Source of the DNA: Verrucomicrobia bacterium UBA3761
GTDB taxonomy: Bacteria > Verrucomicrobiota > Kiritimatiellia > RFP12 > UBA1067
DNA length: 60,270 nucleotides
Assembly: GCA_002371135.1 (NCBI GenBank)
Contig: DFGB01000027.1
Location: forward strand, 1 to 60,270
Direction of reading: 5' to 3'
Position numbers and translations under genes: made by a program. Below, in pieces: positions 35,983 through 44,721 of the stretch (the first letter of the stretch is position 1; every line of letters begins with the position of its first letter). The notes under the pieces are model-generated. The model did no database searches, was not told where the DNA came from, and saw only the letters and a list, made by a program, of their open reading frames with translations.

Positions 35983-36102
35983 AAAGTAGAAAGTAGGAGA
36001 TTTGCCGCCTGGGCGGGTCGTACGTTCTATCTCCTACTTCCTATCTCCTACTTCCTACTTTCTACTTTCTACTTCCTACTTTCTACTTCCTATCTCCTAC
36101 TT
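35966..36102. repeat. Inverted arrays of the 8-bp GTAGGAAG/GTAGAAAG repeat (long hairpin)
   Basis: Forward array at 35966-36001 and reverse array (CTTCCTAC/TTTCTAC units) at 36029-36102, around a 27-nt loop. The regulator's stop codon (35980-35982) lies inside the forward array. Confidence 0.9.
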
Positions 36103-36120
36103 GCGCTCTGCGCAGAGCGC
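36103..36120. promoter_or_regulatory. Perfect 18-bp palindrome abutting the -35 box (candidate operator)
   Basis: GCGCTCTGCGCAGAGCGC lies 1 nt upstream of the TTGCGC -35 box. It contains CTCTGCG and its complement. Confidence 0.45.
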
Positions 36121-36121
36121 T

Positions 36122-36150
36122 TTGCGCGAAGCGGCCGGAAATGCTATAAT
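36122..36150 (+). promoter_or_regulatory. Promoter TTGCGC-17 nt-TGcTATAAT (leaderless GH2 gene)
   Basis: -10 at 36145-36150. The ATG at 36157 is 6 nt downstream. No SD. Confidence 0.55.
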
Positions 36151-36156
36151 ACCGCC

Positions 36157-39100
36157 ATGAAAACGATTTATTCCATACTTGCCGCGCTTGTACTTGCCGC
36201 GGCGTCTCCCATCCCCGCCGCCGGAGAAAGCTTTTCTCTCGACGGCGAGTGGCTCTTCAGTTTCCAGGGCGGAGAGGAGCGCGCGATAAACGTTCCCTCG
36301 TGCCTGGAACTGCAAGGCGCAGGGACGCTCCGCTATGGCGAAAACGGCGCGAACGAGTCCGCCCGCTACCGGCGCACGTTCACGATACCGTCCGGCTGGC
36401 CGGAGGACGACCTCGTCATGCTCCGTTTCGACGGCGTGATGTTCGGCGCGCAAGCGACAGTGAACGGCCGGGACGCGGGCGCGTTCCGTTCGTCGTTCAA
36501 CCGCAACGAACTTGACATCACCTCGCTCGTCCGCCGCGACGCAGAGAACGAACTTGTCGTGGAAACATTGAAAAATCCGAAGGGGTGGGGGTTCGACTGC
36601 AACGACGACTGGGTTCTCCACGGCATCTTCCGCAGCGTCACGCTCATCTCGCGCCCGAGGCTCAACGTAGCCGACCTCTCGCTCGCCTGCAAGGTCGATG
36701 CGGACGCTCAAAGCGCGGAGGTCGAGATTTCCGCCGCCGCATCGGACGGCGCGAGCGCGGTGCGTCTGAAGCTTCTCGATGCAGACGGCAAGACCGTCCT
36801 CGAAGGCGACGCCCCGCTCAAGGGCAGGGTGGAGAGAGCGAAGCTCTGGACGTGCGAAACGCCATATCTCTACACGCTCGCAGCGGAAGTCGGGTGCGAC
36901 CGTGTCGAAAAGCGCGTAGGTCTGCGCGAAATCACGCGCGATGGCGCGGTGTTGAAGCTGAACGGACGTCCCGTAAAGCTGCACGGCGTCAACCATCACG
37001 ATCTCTGTCCCTGCCACGGACGCGCCATCACAATCGACGAGCTGCGGCGCGACGCCCAGCTCATCAAGGACGGAAACTTCAACTGCGTCCGTCTCGCGCA
37101 CTATCCGCCGAACGAGGCGTTCCTTGATCTATGCGACGAACTGGGGCTTTACGCAATAGACGAGGTGCCGTTCGGAATGGGCGCGAAGAACCTGCGCAAT
37201 GCGGACTATCTTGAAGTTCTGGAAGAGCGCGCGCGTCTCACCGTTGCACGCGACAAGCTGCATCCGAGCGTGATTGCTTGGACGATCGGCAACGAGAATC
37301 CGCTCACGGACATCTGTGTAAAATGCGGCGATCTTGTCGCGCAGCTCGATCCGACACGCCCGACGTGCTATCCGCAGTATTCGAGCGTCTATCAGAAGAT
37401 GCTGGACGACGGTGCGCCGCAGAGCGCGATGCTCTACGACTTCCACTACGTTGACGCAGCGAAGATTCGCGAACTTGCGCCGCGCCTTGACCGTCCGCTT
37501 TTCGCGGGAGAGTTCGCGCACGCGCTCGGGCTCGACTTCGGCTCGCTCGCCGAAACGTGGGAGGAGATGTGGTCGCGGCCCGAATGCGCGGGCGGATGCA
37601 TCTGGATGTTCCAGGACCAAGGCTTGGAGCGTCCGGCGTCGGCGGTGAAGGAAAAAGACCGCAAGTTCCTCGCATGGAAAGACGAAAAGACCGTCTGGGA
37701 CACGCACGGCATCGACGGCTGCGACGGCATCGTCTATTCCGACCGGACGCCGCAAGTCGATTACTTCGCGGCGCGCGCAGTCTTCGCGCCGGTCAGGATT
37801 GCCTTCGACGGGAAGCAGACGCTGACGATTGAAAACCGATATGACTTTACCAATCTGTCCGAAACGAAGATCAGTTGGGCGGTGGTCGGTCAAGCTCATG
37901 TCGGCTGCGTGCCGCTCTGCTGCCTGTCGTCACTCGGTGGCGGGAATATCGAAGCTGCCGTGGCGCCGCATGAAAAGGCGGCGTTCAAAATCCGCCTCCC
38001 GGCAATCCCGCAAAATGTGAGGGTTGCGAGTCTGTCTGCAATGGTCAAGGGAAAGGACGGCGAAATCGTCGCTGCCAAGGCGTGGCCGCTCAAGGTTGAC
38101 GTAAAGGCCACGCCGGATGGGACGATGCCGCCGCTCGTTTTCGAACCACGCTGGGACAGGCGTGAGATGATGTCGAAATCGGCGGCGCATCTGCCGAATA
38201 AAAACAAGAACAAATATTCGATTCTCGAAAAGCCGGCAGGATTCGCCGCGGACGTCAAGGAGGAGCCCCTTGGCGACGGTTCGCTGCATGTCGCCTACTC
38301 AATTTCCGCGACGCAGGAATGGCACACTGTCGAGGCCGGTCTTTCGTTCACGCTGCCGGAAGAGTTCACGACTGTTCGCTGGGTCGGTCAGGGTCAGTTC
38401 GAGGCATACACTCTCAGCAACGCGCAGAGCATGTTCGGATGGTTCGCGCTCGACAAGGACGATCTGTATTTCCCCGGCAACCGCCGCGATGTTCGCTGGC
38501 TTGCCGCTTTGCGGGACGATGGCACAGGCGTTGTGCTGATCCCTGACGGCGGCTCGGGCGATGTGGCGTTCGAGAATATCGGCGGGAGAATCCGCATCAG
38601 CCACAACGCCGCGCTTGCCGACAAGTTCAACAAGTACGAATGGCCGCGCGATGTCAAGACCTTCGCCCCCGGCGAGAGTCTGGAGAGCGGCTTCACGCTT
38701 GCACCAGTGAAGCTCAAGGCGGGCGTCGCGCCGCCTTTCCGCCCGTTCTTCAAATCCTACGACGACGGCAATGCGACGGCTGCGCCGAAAGCCGCTCCCT
38801 CGCCTTGCGAAAAGGCGCTCAGAGAGGGGTTCGCCAATCCGCCCTCGGACGTGAAGATCGGCTGCTACTACTACTGGGTGAACGAACGCGTCGACGAGGA
38901 AGGTGTGAAGAAGGACCTTAAGTGGATGAAGGAGAACGGCATCACCCGCGCCTTTCTCGCGACGGACATCCGCAACCGTACGCGGTTCGAGAATCCATGG
39001 GAAGGCCAGGAGTTCGGCGACTGCGCGTTCAGGAGCGAGAAGTGGTGGCGATGCCTGCGCACGGCGTTCAAGACGGCGGGCGAACTCGGAATCGAGATGG

Positions 39101-40038
39101 GCATATTCAACTGCCCGGGCTGGTCGCAATCGGGCGGGCCTTGGATCGCGGAGGAAGACGCGCAAGTCGCGCCGGACGGAACGCGCCCCGAGAACGGCCC
39201 GTGCTCCCCGGCCGCGACGGGCTATGAAGTAGACAAGACGCGCCGGGCGGCAGTGCGGCGCCATTTCGACGCCTTCGTCGGCGACATCCTCCGCCGCATC
39301 CCGCCCGAGGAGCGCCCTACGCTCACGACGCTCGTCGTCGACAGCTGGGAGCGCGGACGCGTCGTCAAGCCCGAGGGCGAAAAGCGCAAGCTCTCCGACA
39401 TCCTCGCCGAAGAATACATGGGCGAGCTCACGCGGTGCGCGCATGAAAACGGCCTTATTACGTGGTGCGAGCCGTATTCGCATTCGCGCGGCGGGTGGGA
39501 CGGCGATTCTGCGACCTACGGCGCGGCGGCGGACGAAGTGGCGGCCGAATTCTGGGCGGGAGAGCCGGACAACGAACGCGCAAAGGAAATCTCCGCCGCG
39601 CTCGGCGCCGCCAGGCTCGGCGGCAAGAACAAAATCTACGCTGAGAGCTTTACGTCGGGAAGCTGGAAAAAGTCCGCCAAGGACGATTGGTCGTTCGAAT
39701 CGCTCAAGCCCTACGCCGACAAATTCTTCAGAAAGGGCGTGAACGCGACGATCCTGCATGTCGTAATTTCACAGCCCGGCGACGACAGCGCGCCGCCGGT
39801 GCGCCCGTGGTTCGGCACGTTCTTCGACCGCCGCAGCAAAAACGCGGCCGAGATGAAGAAGCTCGTCCCGTATCTGCGTCGCTGCAACTTCATGCTGCAG
39901 CAAGGGCGTCCGGCGGACGGCCGCACCGATACGCGCATCCTCACGGACGGCACGCGCATCCGGTTCAACGAAAAGTCGCTTTTCGAAGTTTCATTCCCCG
40001 ACGGCCGCACGGAACTCTGGGACCCGGAAAGAATGTAG
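36157..40038 (+). CDS. GH2-family glycoside hydrolase with large C-terminal extension, secreted
   Basis: Signal peptide MKTIYSILAALVLAAASPIPAAG. HPSVIAWTIGNENPL is the GH2 acid/base block, and GGCIWMFQDQG is a LacZ-like block. The extra C-terminal ~500 aa begins GFANPPSDVKIGCYYYWVNE. Confidence 0.8.
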   Translation: MKTIYSILAALVLAAASPIPAAGESFSLDGEWLFSFQGGEERAINVPSCLELQGAGTLRYGENGANESARYRRTFTIPSGWPEDDLVMLRFDGVMFGAQATVNGRDAGAFRSSFNRNELDITSLVRRDAENELVVETLKNPKGWGFDCNDDWVLHGIFRSVTLISRPRLNVADLSLACKVDADAQSAEVEISAAASDGASAVRLKLLDADGKTVLEGDAPLKGRVERAKLWTCETPYLYTLAAEVGCDRVEKRVGLREITRDGAVLKLNGRPVKLHGVNHHDLCPCHGRAITIDELRRDAQLIKDGNFNCVRLAHYPPNEAFLDLCDELGLYAIDEVPFGMGAKNLRNADYLEVLEERARLTVARDKLHPSVIAWTIGNENPLTDICVKCGDLVAQLDPTRPTCYPQYSSVYQKMLDDGAPQSAMLYDFHYVDAAKIRELAPRLDRPLFAGEFAHALGLDFGSLAETWEEMWSRPECAGGCIWMFQDQGLERPASAVKEKDRKFLAWKDEKTVWDTHGIDGCDGIVYSDRTPQVDYFAARAVFAPVRIAFDGKQTLTIENRYDFTNLSETKISWAVVGQAHVGCVPLCCLSSLGGGNIEAAVAPHEKAAFKIRLPAIPQNVRVASLSAMVKGKDGEIVAAKAWPLKVDVKATPDGTMPPLVFEPRWDRREMMSKSAAHLPNKNKNKYSILEKPAGFAADVKEEPLGDGSLHVAYSISATQEWHTVEAGLSFTLPEEFTTVRWVGQGQFEAYTLSNAQSMFGWFALDKDDLYFPGNRRDVRWLAALRDDGTGVVLIPDGGSGDVAFENIGGRIRISHNAALADKFNKYEWPRDVKTFAPGESLESGFTLAPVKLKAGVAPPFRPFFKSYDDGNATAAPKAAPSPCEKALREGFANPPSDVKIGCYYYWVNERVDEEGVKKDLKWMKENGITRAFLATDIRNRTRFENPWEGQEFGDCAFRSEKWWRCLRTAFKTAGELGIEMGIFNCPGWSQSGGPWIAEEDAQVAPDGTRPENGPCSPAATGYEVDKTRRAAVRRHFDAFVGDILRRIPPEERPTLTTLVVDSWERGRVVKPEGEKRKLSDILAEEYMGELTRCAHENGLITWCEPYSHSRGGWDGDSATYGAAADEVAAEFWAGEPDNERAKEISAALGAARLGGKNKIYAESFTSGSWKKSAKDDWSFESLKPYADKFFRKGVNATILHVVISQPGDDSAPPVRPWFGTFFDRRSKNAAEMKKLVPYLRRCNFMLQQGRPADGRTDTRILTDGTRIRFNEKSLFEVSFPDGRTELWDPERM

Positions 40039-40050
40039 AAATAATTTTGC

Positions 40051-40107
40051 CACTGTCATGCAATAGTTTTTAACACAGAGGCACTCAAGACACAGAGTTT
40101 CCAGAGG
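40051..40107 (+). repeat. Diverged copy of the 55-nt element with CACAGAG units
   Basis: CACTGTCATGCAATAGTTTTTAACACAGAGGCACTCAAGACACAGAGTTTCCAGAGG. It is collinear with the reverse complement of 23551-23605 and starts 12 nt after the GH2 stop. Confidence 0.85.
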
Positions 40108-40136
40108 ATTTTCGCAATTATCATGAATAAGTGAAT

Positions 40137-40280
40137 TTTTTCGATTGCTGCAAGCCTTCCATTTTAACACAGAGGCACAGAGACACAGAGATTCACAGAG
40201 TGAAAAGTTGAAAATTCTCTGTGCTCCTCTGTGTCTCTGTGCCTCTGTGTTAAAATGGAAGGCTTGCAGCAATCGAAAAA
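40137..40280. repeat. Perfect 54-bp inverted repeat (extendable to ~61 bp) with a 36-nt loop
   Basis: 40137-40190 (TTTTTCGATTGCTGCAAGCCTTCCATTTTAACACAGAGGCACAGAGACACAGAG) is the exact reverse complement of 40227-40280. CACAGAG (40194-40200) and CTCTGTG (40217-40223) in the loop also pair. Confidence 0.97.
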
Positions 40281-40311
40281 TCGCAAAATCCTTCCCTTTT
40301 CCCCTCCCCTC

Positions 40312-40341
40312 TTGACCCATTGCCGCCATAAATGGTATACT
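40312..40341 (+). promoter_or_regulatory. Promoter TTGACC-18 nt-TGgTATACT (leaderless CotH-like gene)
   Basis: -35 at 40312-40317 and -10 at 40336-40341. The ATG at 40348 is 6 nt downstream. Confidence 0.5.
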
Positions 40342-40347
40342 TGTGGC

Positions 40348-43300
40348 ATGAAAAGGAAAATTGCGACAGCGGCGGTTGTCCTGGCGGCGGCGTTTGCCTT
40401 CGCCGCGGGCGAGACGTGTTCGACTTCGATTGTCGATACCTCTCTCACTATCTCGAACACCGGTTGCGTGTTCGACCAGGCGAGTTTCGACGTCTCGGAC
40501 CCGGCGCTGACGATTCCATCCTCGCTGACGCCGTTTGCGCCGGGCGCCGCGTTGCGCGTCGAGTCGCTTGCTTTCGGCTACGTGGCCGACGACTCCAAGG
40601 GGGCCACGCATGCCCGATATCTGGAAATATCCGGCGGCGGCGAAACGTTCGTCTCTTCGCTCGTCACGACGAACTCCGCGCACAAATTCACAAGCACGGA
40701 CAACACAAGCGTCGAGACGCTCGTCTATTCATTCGCCGATGCCAGTTGCGAACTCGCTCTCGACGAGGAATACGCCATCCGCTTCCTCGACGGCGCAAAG
40801 AAAGAAATGAATCGCATTCGCTACAAAGTCGGGGGAAACGCGCCCACGATCATCGACGGTGCGTCGCACTCGGAGAAAGGCAACACATATCCGCTCCTCT
40901 TCGAACTTGCATGTTCGTTCCCGCGCGAAGGGCTGGACATGGCCGGGGAGTGCGTGCTCGCATTCAGCGAAATCATGCCCAAGCCGACGGATGCGCAAAG
41001 CCCGGGCGATCTCGAAGGAATGGATGTAAACGGCCTCGAATCAGGATGGGTGGAACTCGTGAACACGTCGGACAAATGGGCGGACCTCGCCGATTACCGC
41101 TTCATACGCGTCAACCGCGGCAAGAAAACCGATCCTTACGGCGAAGGCAACTTCCCATCGCGCCTCGTCGCGCCGCATTCGCGCACCGTATTCTACACCT
41201 CGGAACGCTACCCGAATAGCGACACGCCCGAGGAAAGCGCGTTCGCGACAGGAACGTTCGACGCCAAGCCCGCCATCTACCCGGCTCTCGGCAACATCCT
41301 CGTCTGGGGCAAAAAGGTGAACCCCAAGAAGTCGCCTTTCGTCCGGCTCTACTACGCGCCCGGGGGCGACGACGACGCGGGGTCGGTCGTCGACACGGTT
41401 GTCATACCGAGCGATCTGCCGGAGGGGTGTTCGATAATCGTCGGCGACGGCGCGGCCACGCGCCGCTGGCTGTGCAAAGCCCCGACGCGCGGCGAGGCGA
41501 ACAACACGGACGGCTGCACGCGGCTAGGACCCAACGCCGGGCCGCTCTACGAAATCCCGTCGCAGAAAGCGACCGGCGTCGCAAGCGAATTCGCCCTGCC
41601 TTCTCCCCCCGCCGTCCCGGGAGAGGACTACATCGTCGAATTCGCCATGAACCCCGTCATGAATCCGGACGGGACGTTCGCCCCTCGCGATACGGATGAA
41701 ATCAAATCGATTAGCATCGTCTACCGCAAAGACCTCGACGACGCGACATTGACGACGAACGCCGTCGACATGGCGACGCTCGTGCGCGACGATGCCGCCT
41801 GGGGCGACAAGTACACGGCCAAAATCCCCGCCGGATTCTTCCCGGAGCGAGGGCATTTGATACAATGGAAATTCCTCGTCGTCGATGGCGAAGGGTCGGA
41901 GTGGACCACGCCGAGCTTCAACAACCCGGACGACGGCTACGAGTGGTACGGGACGATAGTCGAACCAGACGAATCGCTCATGAGCAAGAAGCTCCCGACG
42001 TGGCACCTCTTCGCCGACGCCGCATCCCTCGCGCAGATGGACAAAGACGCGGCAGACCAGGACGCGTCGGTCGTCCCGAACAACGCGCGGGTCGGCATAT
42101 ACGACTCCTCGACTTCGAACTACTATGACTACGTACGCATAGACCTGCGCGGCCATACGTCGGGCAACTTCACAAAGAAAGGCCACGGTCTGCGCTTTGC
42201 AAAGGCGCATCCGCTGACGATGACGGACGTCGCGACCGGCGAACAAATCGAAGAAATCCGCAAGACGTCGCTCATCAGCGAATTCGCCGACCCGAGCAAA
42301 ATGCGCCAGATGATCGCCTTCTGGCTGTTTAGGAAGACCGGCAACCTCGCGCCGTTCGACTTCCCCGTCCGCTGCAACCTCAACGGCGAATTCTACCAGC
42401 TGGCATTCAACTCGGAACGCTTCACGGACGAGCTCATCGAAGACGTCTACGGCCTCGATAAATTCGGCTGGAGCTGGAAGAACGTGGGGACGCTCAAGAG
42501 CGACTCGGGCACGACGGCCGGCGACATAGAAAAAAAGACGCCGGACGACGAAGACGAATCCAACATAACGGTCCTCCAAAACGAATTGCGCGCGCGCCTC
42601 GCCGAGTGCGGCGCGGACAATGGAAGCGAAGACACGGCCGCGCTAACAAAATTCGTCGTCGAAAAATTCAACCTCCCCGCCTGGATCAACTACCTCGCCT
42701 CCGCCCGCATCACACACGAGATGGACGACGTCTGGGCGAACGTCTGCATCTACTACGACAACGCCCTCATGCACGAAGGCGTGCGCGGAACGGATACGTG
42801 GATGCCGCTCGGCTACGACTTCAATCTTTCGTTCGGTCAATACTACCTCGATAGCGGCGTATACACTGGCTCGCTGATGGCGGACGAAGACTGGTTCAAG
42901 TCGCACCCGTTCTACGGCGGCAACCGCGTACTGTGCTACACTTCGAACACACTCTCCACAACAATCAACAACGGCAACAACGGCTTCGAGGCGGTGTTGC
43001 AGTCGTCCAAATTCCGCCGCCTCTACCTGCGGCGGCTGAGGACGCTCATGGACCAGGAACTCAAGGAGCCGGGCGTCGCGGAAACAGAAGTGCCCTTCAT
43101 CGCAAAGATGCGCGAGATGGCGGACTTGATGCGCGAAGACGCCGCGCTCGACGACGCAAAGTGGCCGAACGACTCAAGCGACGATAAGATCGACTGCTGG
43201 AACAAAGACGAACGCCCGGCGGACATCGACAAAGCAATCGACGAAATCTGGGAGGAATACGTGGTCCCGCGCCGCGAACATCTCTACGTCACGCACTCCG

Positions 43301-44619
43301 TCACGAACACCGCGCGCGAAATCGGCTACGGCTCGCAATTCATCGCAGGCATCCCCGAAGCGCAGAGCCCGATTGGCGAACTCAAGGCGAACATCAGCGT
43401 CGTCAACATGGACGGAGAACTCTTCCACGACACGGAAAAGATAATCATCCGCAACGCCAACGACGAAACGATCGACATGAGCGGCTGGCGTCTCGCGTTT
43501 TCAGTCGACTTCACATTCCCGGCGGGCACGGTATGCGACGCGAACGACGTCATCACGATCGTCGCCGACCGCCGCAGCTACATCGCCGCACACTCCGGCT
43601 CCCTTACCGACGAAGTAATCATCGGCAACGCGACATTCACCGGCGCGGGACCGCTCGCGCTTTACGACGCCCGAGGCGCGCTAGTATTCTCCGCCATACC
43701 AGAGACGGACGAATTGAACAATCTGCGCCTTCATTCGTTCTGCGGCAAGCCGGAAGGCGACAACGACGCGAACGAATGGTTCGTCCTCACAAACATCTCG
43801 GCCACCGCGACTCTCGACCTCGCCGACGCGACCGTTTGCTTCCTCAAGCAAGGCGACGCGGAAAGCGACTCCCACTGCCACATCACGCTCGAGAACAAGA
43901 AGCACAAAGGCGAAATCCCTCCGCTCGGCTCGATGCGCTTCGAGCAGGCCGACTGGTCGAAGAAGGGCTGGACGAAAATCCAGAACAACAAACTCTACAT
44001 AACAATCGGCGACAAATACGGCTCGACGGCGCAGCATCTCGCCGTGGAGCAGAAGAAATTCAACCGCGCCAACGGCAACGGCGGATGGCTCGTCTGCGAT
44101 TCAACGGCGTCTACGGTCGCGAGCAACAGCGACTGGCACGAGGAATACTACCTGACGGCCGGCGAAACAGGCGACGAGTTCACGGCCTCAAGCGCGGAGG
44201 AGGCCGCGAAAATAGCATCGCACGCAGTAGTGGCGCTCAGCGAGGACGACATACTCGCCGGTCTCGAAACGCGATATCTCGCCGTCGCCGCACAAGCGGT
44301 CGAAGGCAAGGAGAACACATGGCGCGCGGTCGTGGACGTGAACGCCGCAACGGTGGCAAAGCCGGAGATATTCCGCTTCGAACCGGCCACGGGCGACGAC
44401 GCGAGGCAGATTGGCGTCATAGTCGTGAATCCCGTTCTCGGGCTGTGGTATGGCTTCGAGACGAGCGAAGCGTTGGGCGCGGACGCCGCCTTCGTCGACG
44501 ACGAAGGCTCGTTCGTGCGGCCCACATACTCGACCGACGCGCTTGAAATCCACAGCACCCCGAGCACCGCCCCGAGCGCCTTCTTCCGTGTCAAGGTGAA
44601 ATGCAGTAAGATAAAGTAG
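40348..44619 (+). CDS. CotH-kinase-family protein with lamin-tail domains, secreted (1423 aa)
   Basis: Start taken at MKRKIATAAVVLAAAFAFAAG (signal peptide); the ORF-track start at 40231 lies inside the hairpin. The CotH-like core is RIDLRGHTSGNFTKKGHGLRFAK...ISEFADPSKMRQMIAFWLFRKTGNLAPFDFPVRCNLNGEFYQL. LTD-like segments are AFSEIMPKP...GWVELVN and IIIRNANDETIDMSGWRL. Confidence 0.75.
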   Translation: MKRKIATAAVVLAAAFAFAAGETCSTSIVDTSLTISNTGCVFDQASFDVSDPALTIPSSLTPFAPGAALRVESLAFGYVADDSKGATHARYLEISGGGETFVSSLVTTNSAHKFTSTDNTSVETLVYSFADASCELALDEEYAIRFLDGAKKEMNRIRYKVGGNAPTIIDGASHSEKGNTYPLLFELACSFPREGLDMAGECVLAFSEIMPKPTDAQSPGDLEGMDVNGLESGWVELVNTSDKWADLADYRFIRVNRGKKTDPYGEGNFPSRLVAPHSRTVFYTSERYPNSDTPEESAFATGTFDAKPAIYPALGNILVWGKKVNPKKSPFVRLYYAPGGDDDAGSVVDTVVIPSDLPEGCSIIVGDGAATRRWLCKAPTRGEANNTDGCTRLGPNAGPLYEIPSQKATGVASEFALPSPPAVPGEDYIVEFAMNPVMNPDGTFAPRDTDEIKSISIVYRKDLDDATLTTNAVDMATLVRDDAAWGDKYTAKIPAGFFPERGHLIQWKFLVVDGEGSEWTTPSFNNPDDGYEWYGTIVEPDESLMSKKLPTWHLFADAASLAQMDKDAADQDASVVPNNARVGIYDSSTSNYYDYVRIDLRGHTSGNFTKKGHGLRFAKAHPLTMTDVATGEQIEEIRKTSLISEFADPSKMRQMIAFWLFRKTGNLAPFDFPVRCNLNGEFYQLAFNSERFTDELIEDVYGLDKFGWSWKNVGTLKSDSGTTAGDIEKKTPDDEDESNITVLQNELRARLAECGADNGSEDTAALTKFVVEKFNLPAWINYLASARITHEMDDVWANVCIYYDNALMHEGVRGTDTWMPLGYDFNLSFGQYYLDSGVYTGSLMADEDWFKSHPFYGGNRVLCYTSNTLSTTINNGNNGFEAVLQSSKFRRLYLRRLRTLMDQELKEPGVAETEVPFIAKMREMADLMREDAALDDAKWPNDSSDDKIDCWNKDERPADIDKAIDEIWEEYVVPRREHLYVTHSVTNTAREIGYGSQFIAGIPEAQSPIGELKANISVVNMDGELFHDTEKIIIRNANDETIDMSGWRLAFSVDFTFPAGTVCDANDVITIVADRRSYIAAHSGSLTDEVIIGNATFTGAGPLALYDARGALVFSAIPETDELNNLRLHSFCGKPEGDNDANEWFVLTNISATATLDLADATVCFLKQGDAESDSHCHITLENKKHKGEIPPLGSMRFEQADWSKKGWTKIQNNKLYITIGDKYGSTAQHLAVEQKKFNRANGNGGWLVCDSTASTVASNSDWHEEYYLTAGETGDEFTASSAEEAAKIASHAVVALSEDDILAGLETRYLAVAAQAVEGKENTWRAVVDVNAATVAKPEIFRFEPATGDDARQIGVIVVNPVLGLWYGFETSEALGADAAFVDDEGSFVRPTYSTDALEIHSTPSTAPSAFFRVKVKCSKIK

Positions 44620-44684
44620 GAATCAGGAGGGCCGCACGGGAGAGCCGCGCTTCAGCGTGGCCGAAATAGGACGTAGGAGATTTA

Positions 44685-44713
44685 GCGCGGCTGAAGCCGC
44701 GCCTCCTTGGCGC
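44685..44713. repeat. REP-like GC-rich palindrome unit, inverted copy of 49366-49394
   Basis: GCGCGGCTGAAGCCGCGCCTCCTTGGCGC. Its reverse complement differs at 1 of 29 positions from GCGCCAAGGAGGCGCGGCTTTAGCCGCGC. Confidence 0.9.
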
Positions 44714-44721
44714 AAAACTTC

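Noticed and set aside
40231-40347. ORF-track start codons extending genes upstream (40231 for the CotH-like gene, 5657 for the portal, 49062 for carB, 31819 for GH10, 26766 and 34714)
   Set aside because: The extensions run through hairpins or into the preceding gene and encode Arg-rich or nonsense N-termini. Downstream ATGs give canonical N-termini (signal peptides, MKRADVDKVLIIGSG) and proper promoter, SD or ATGA-overlap context.
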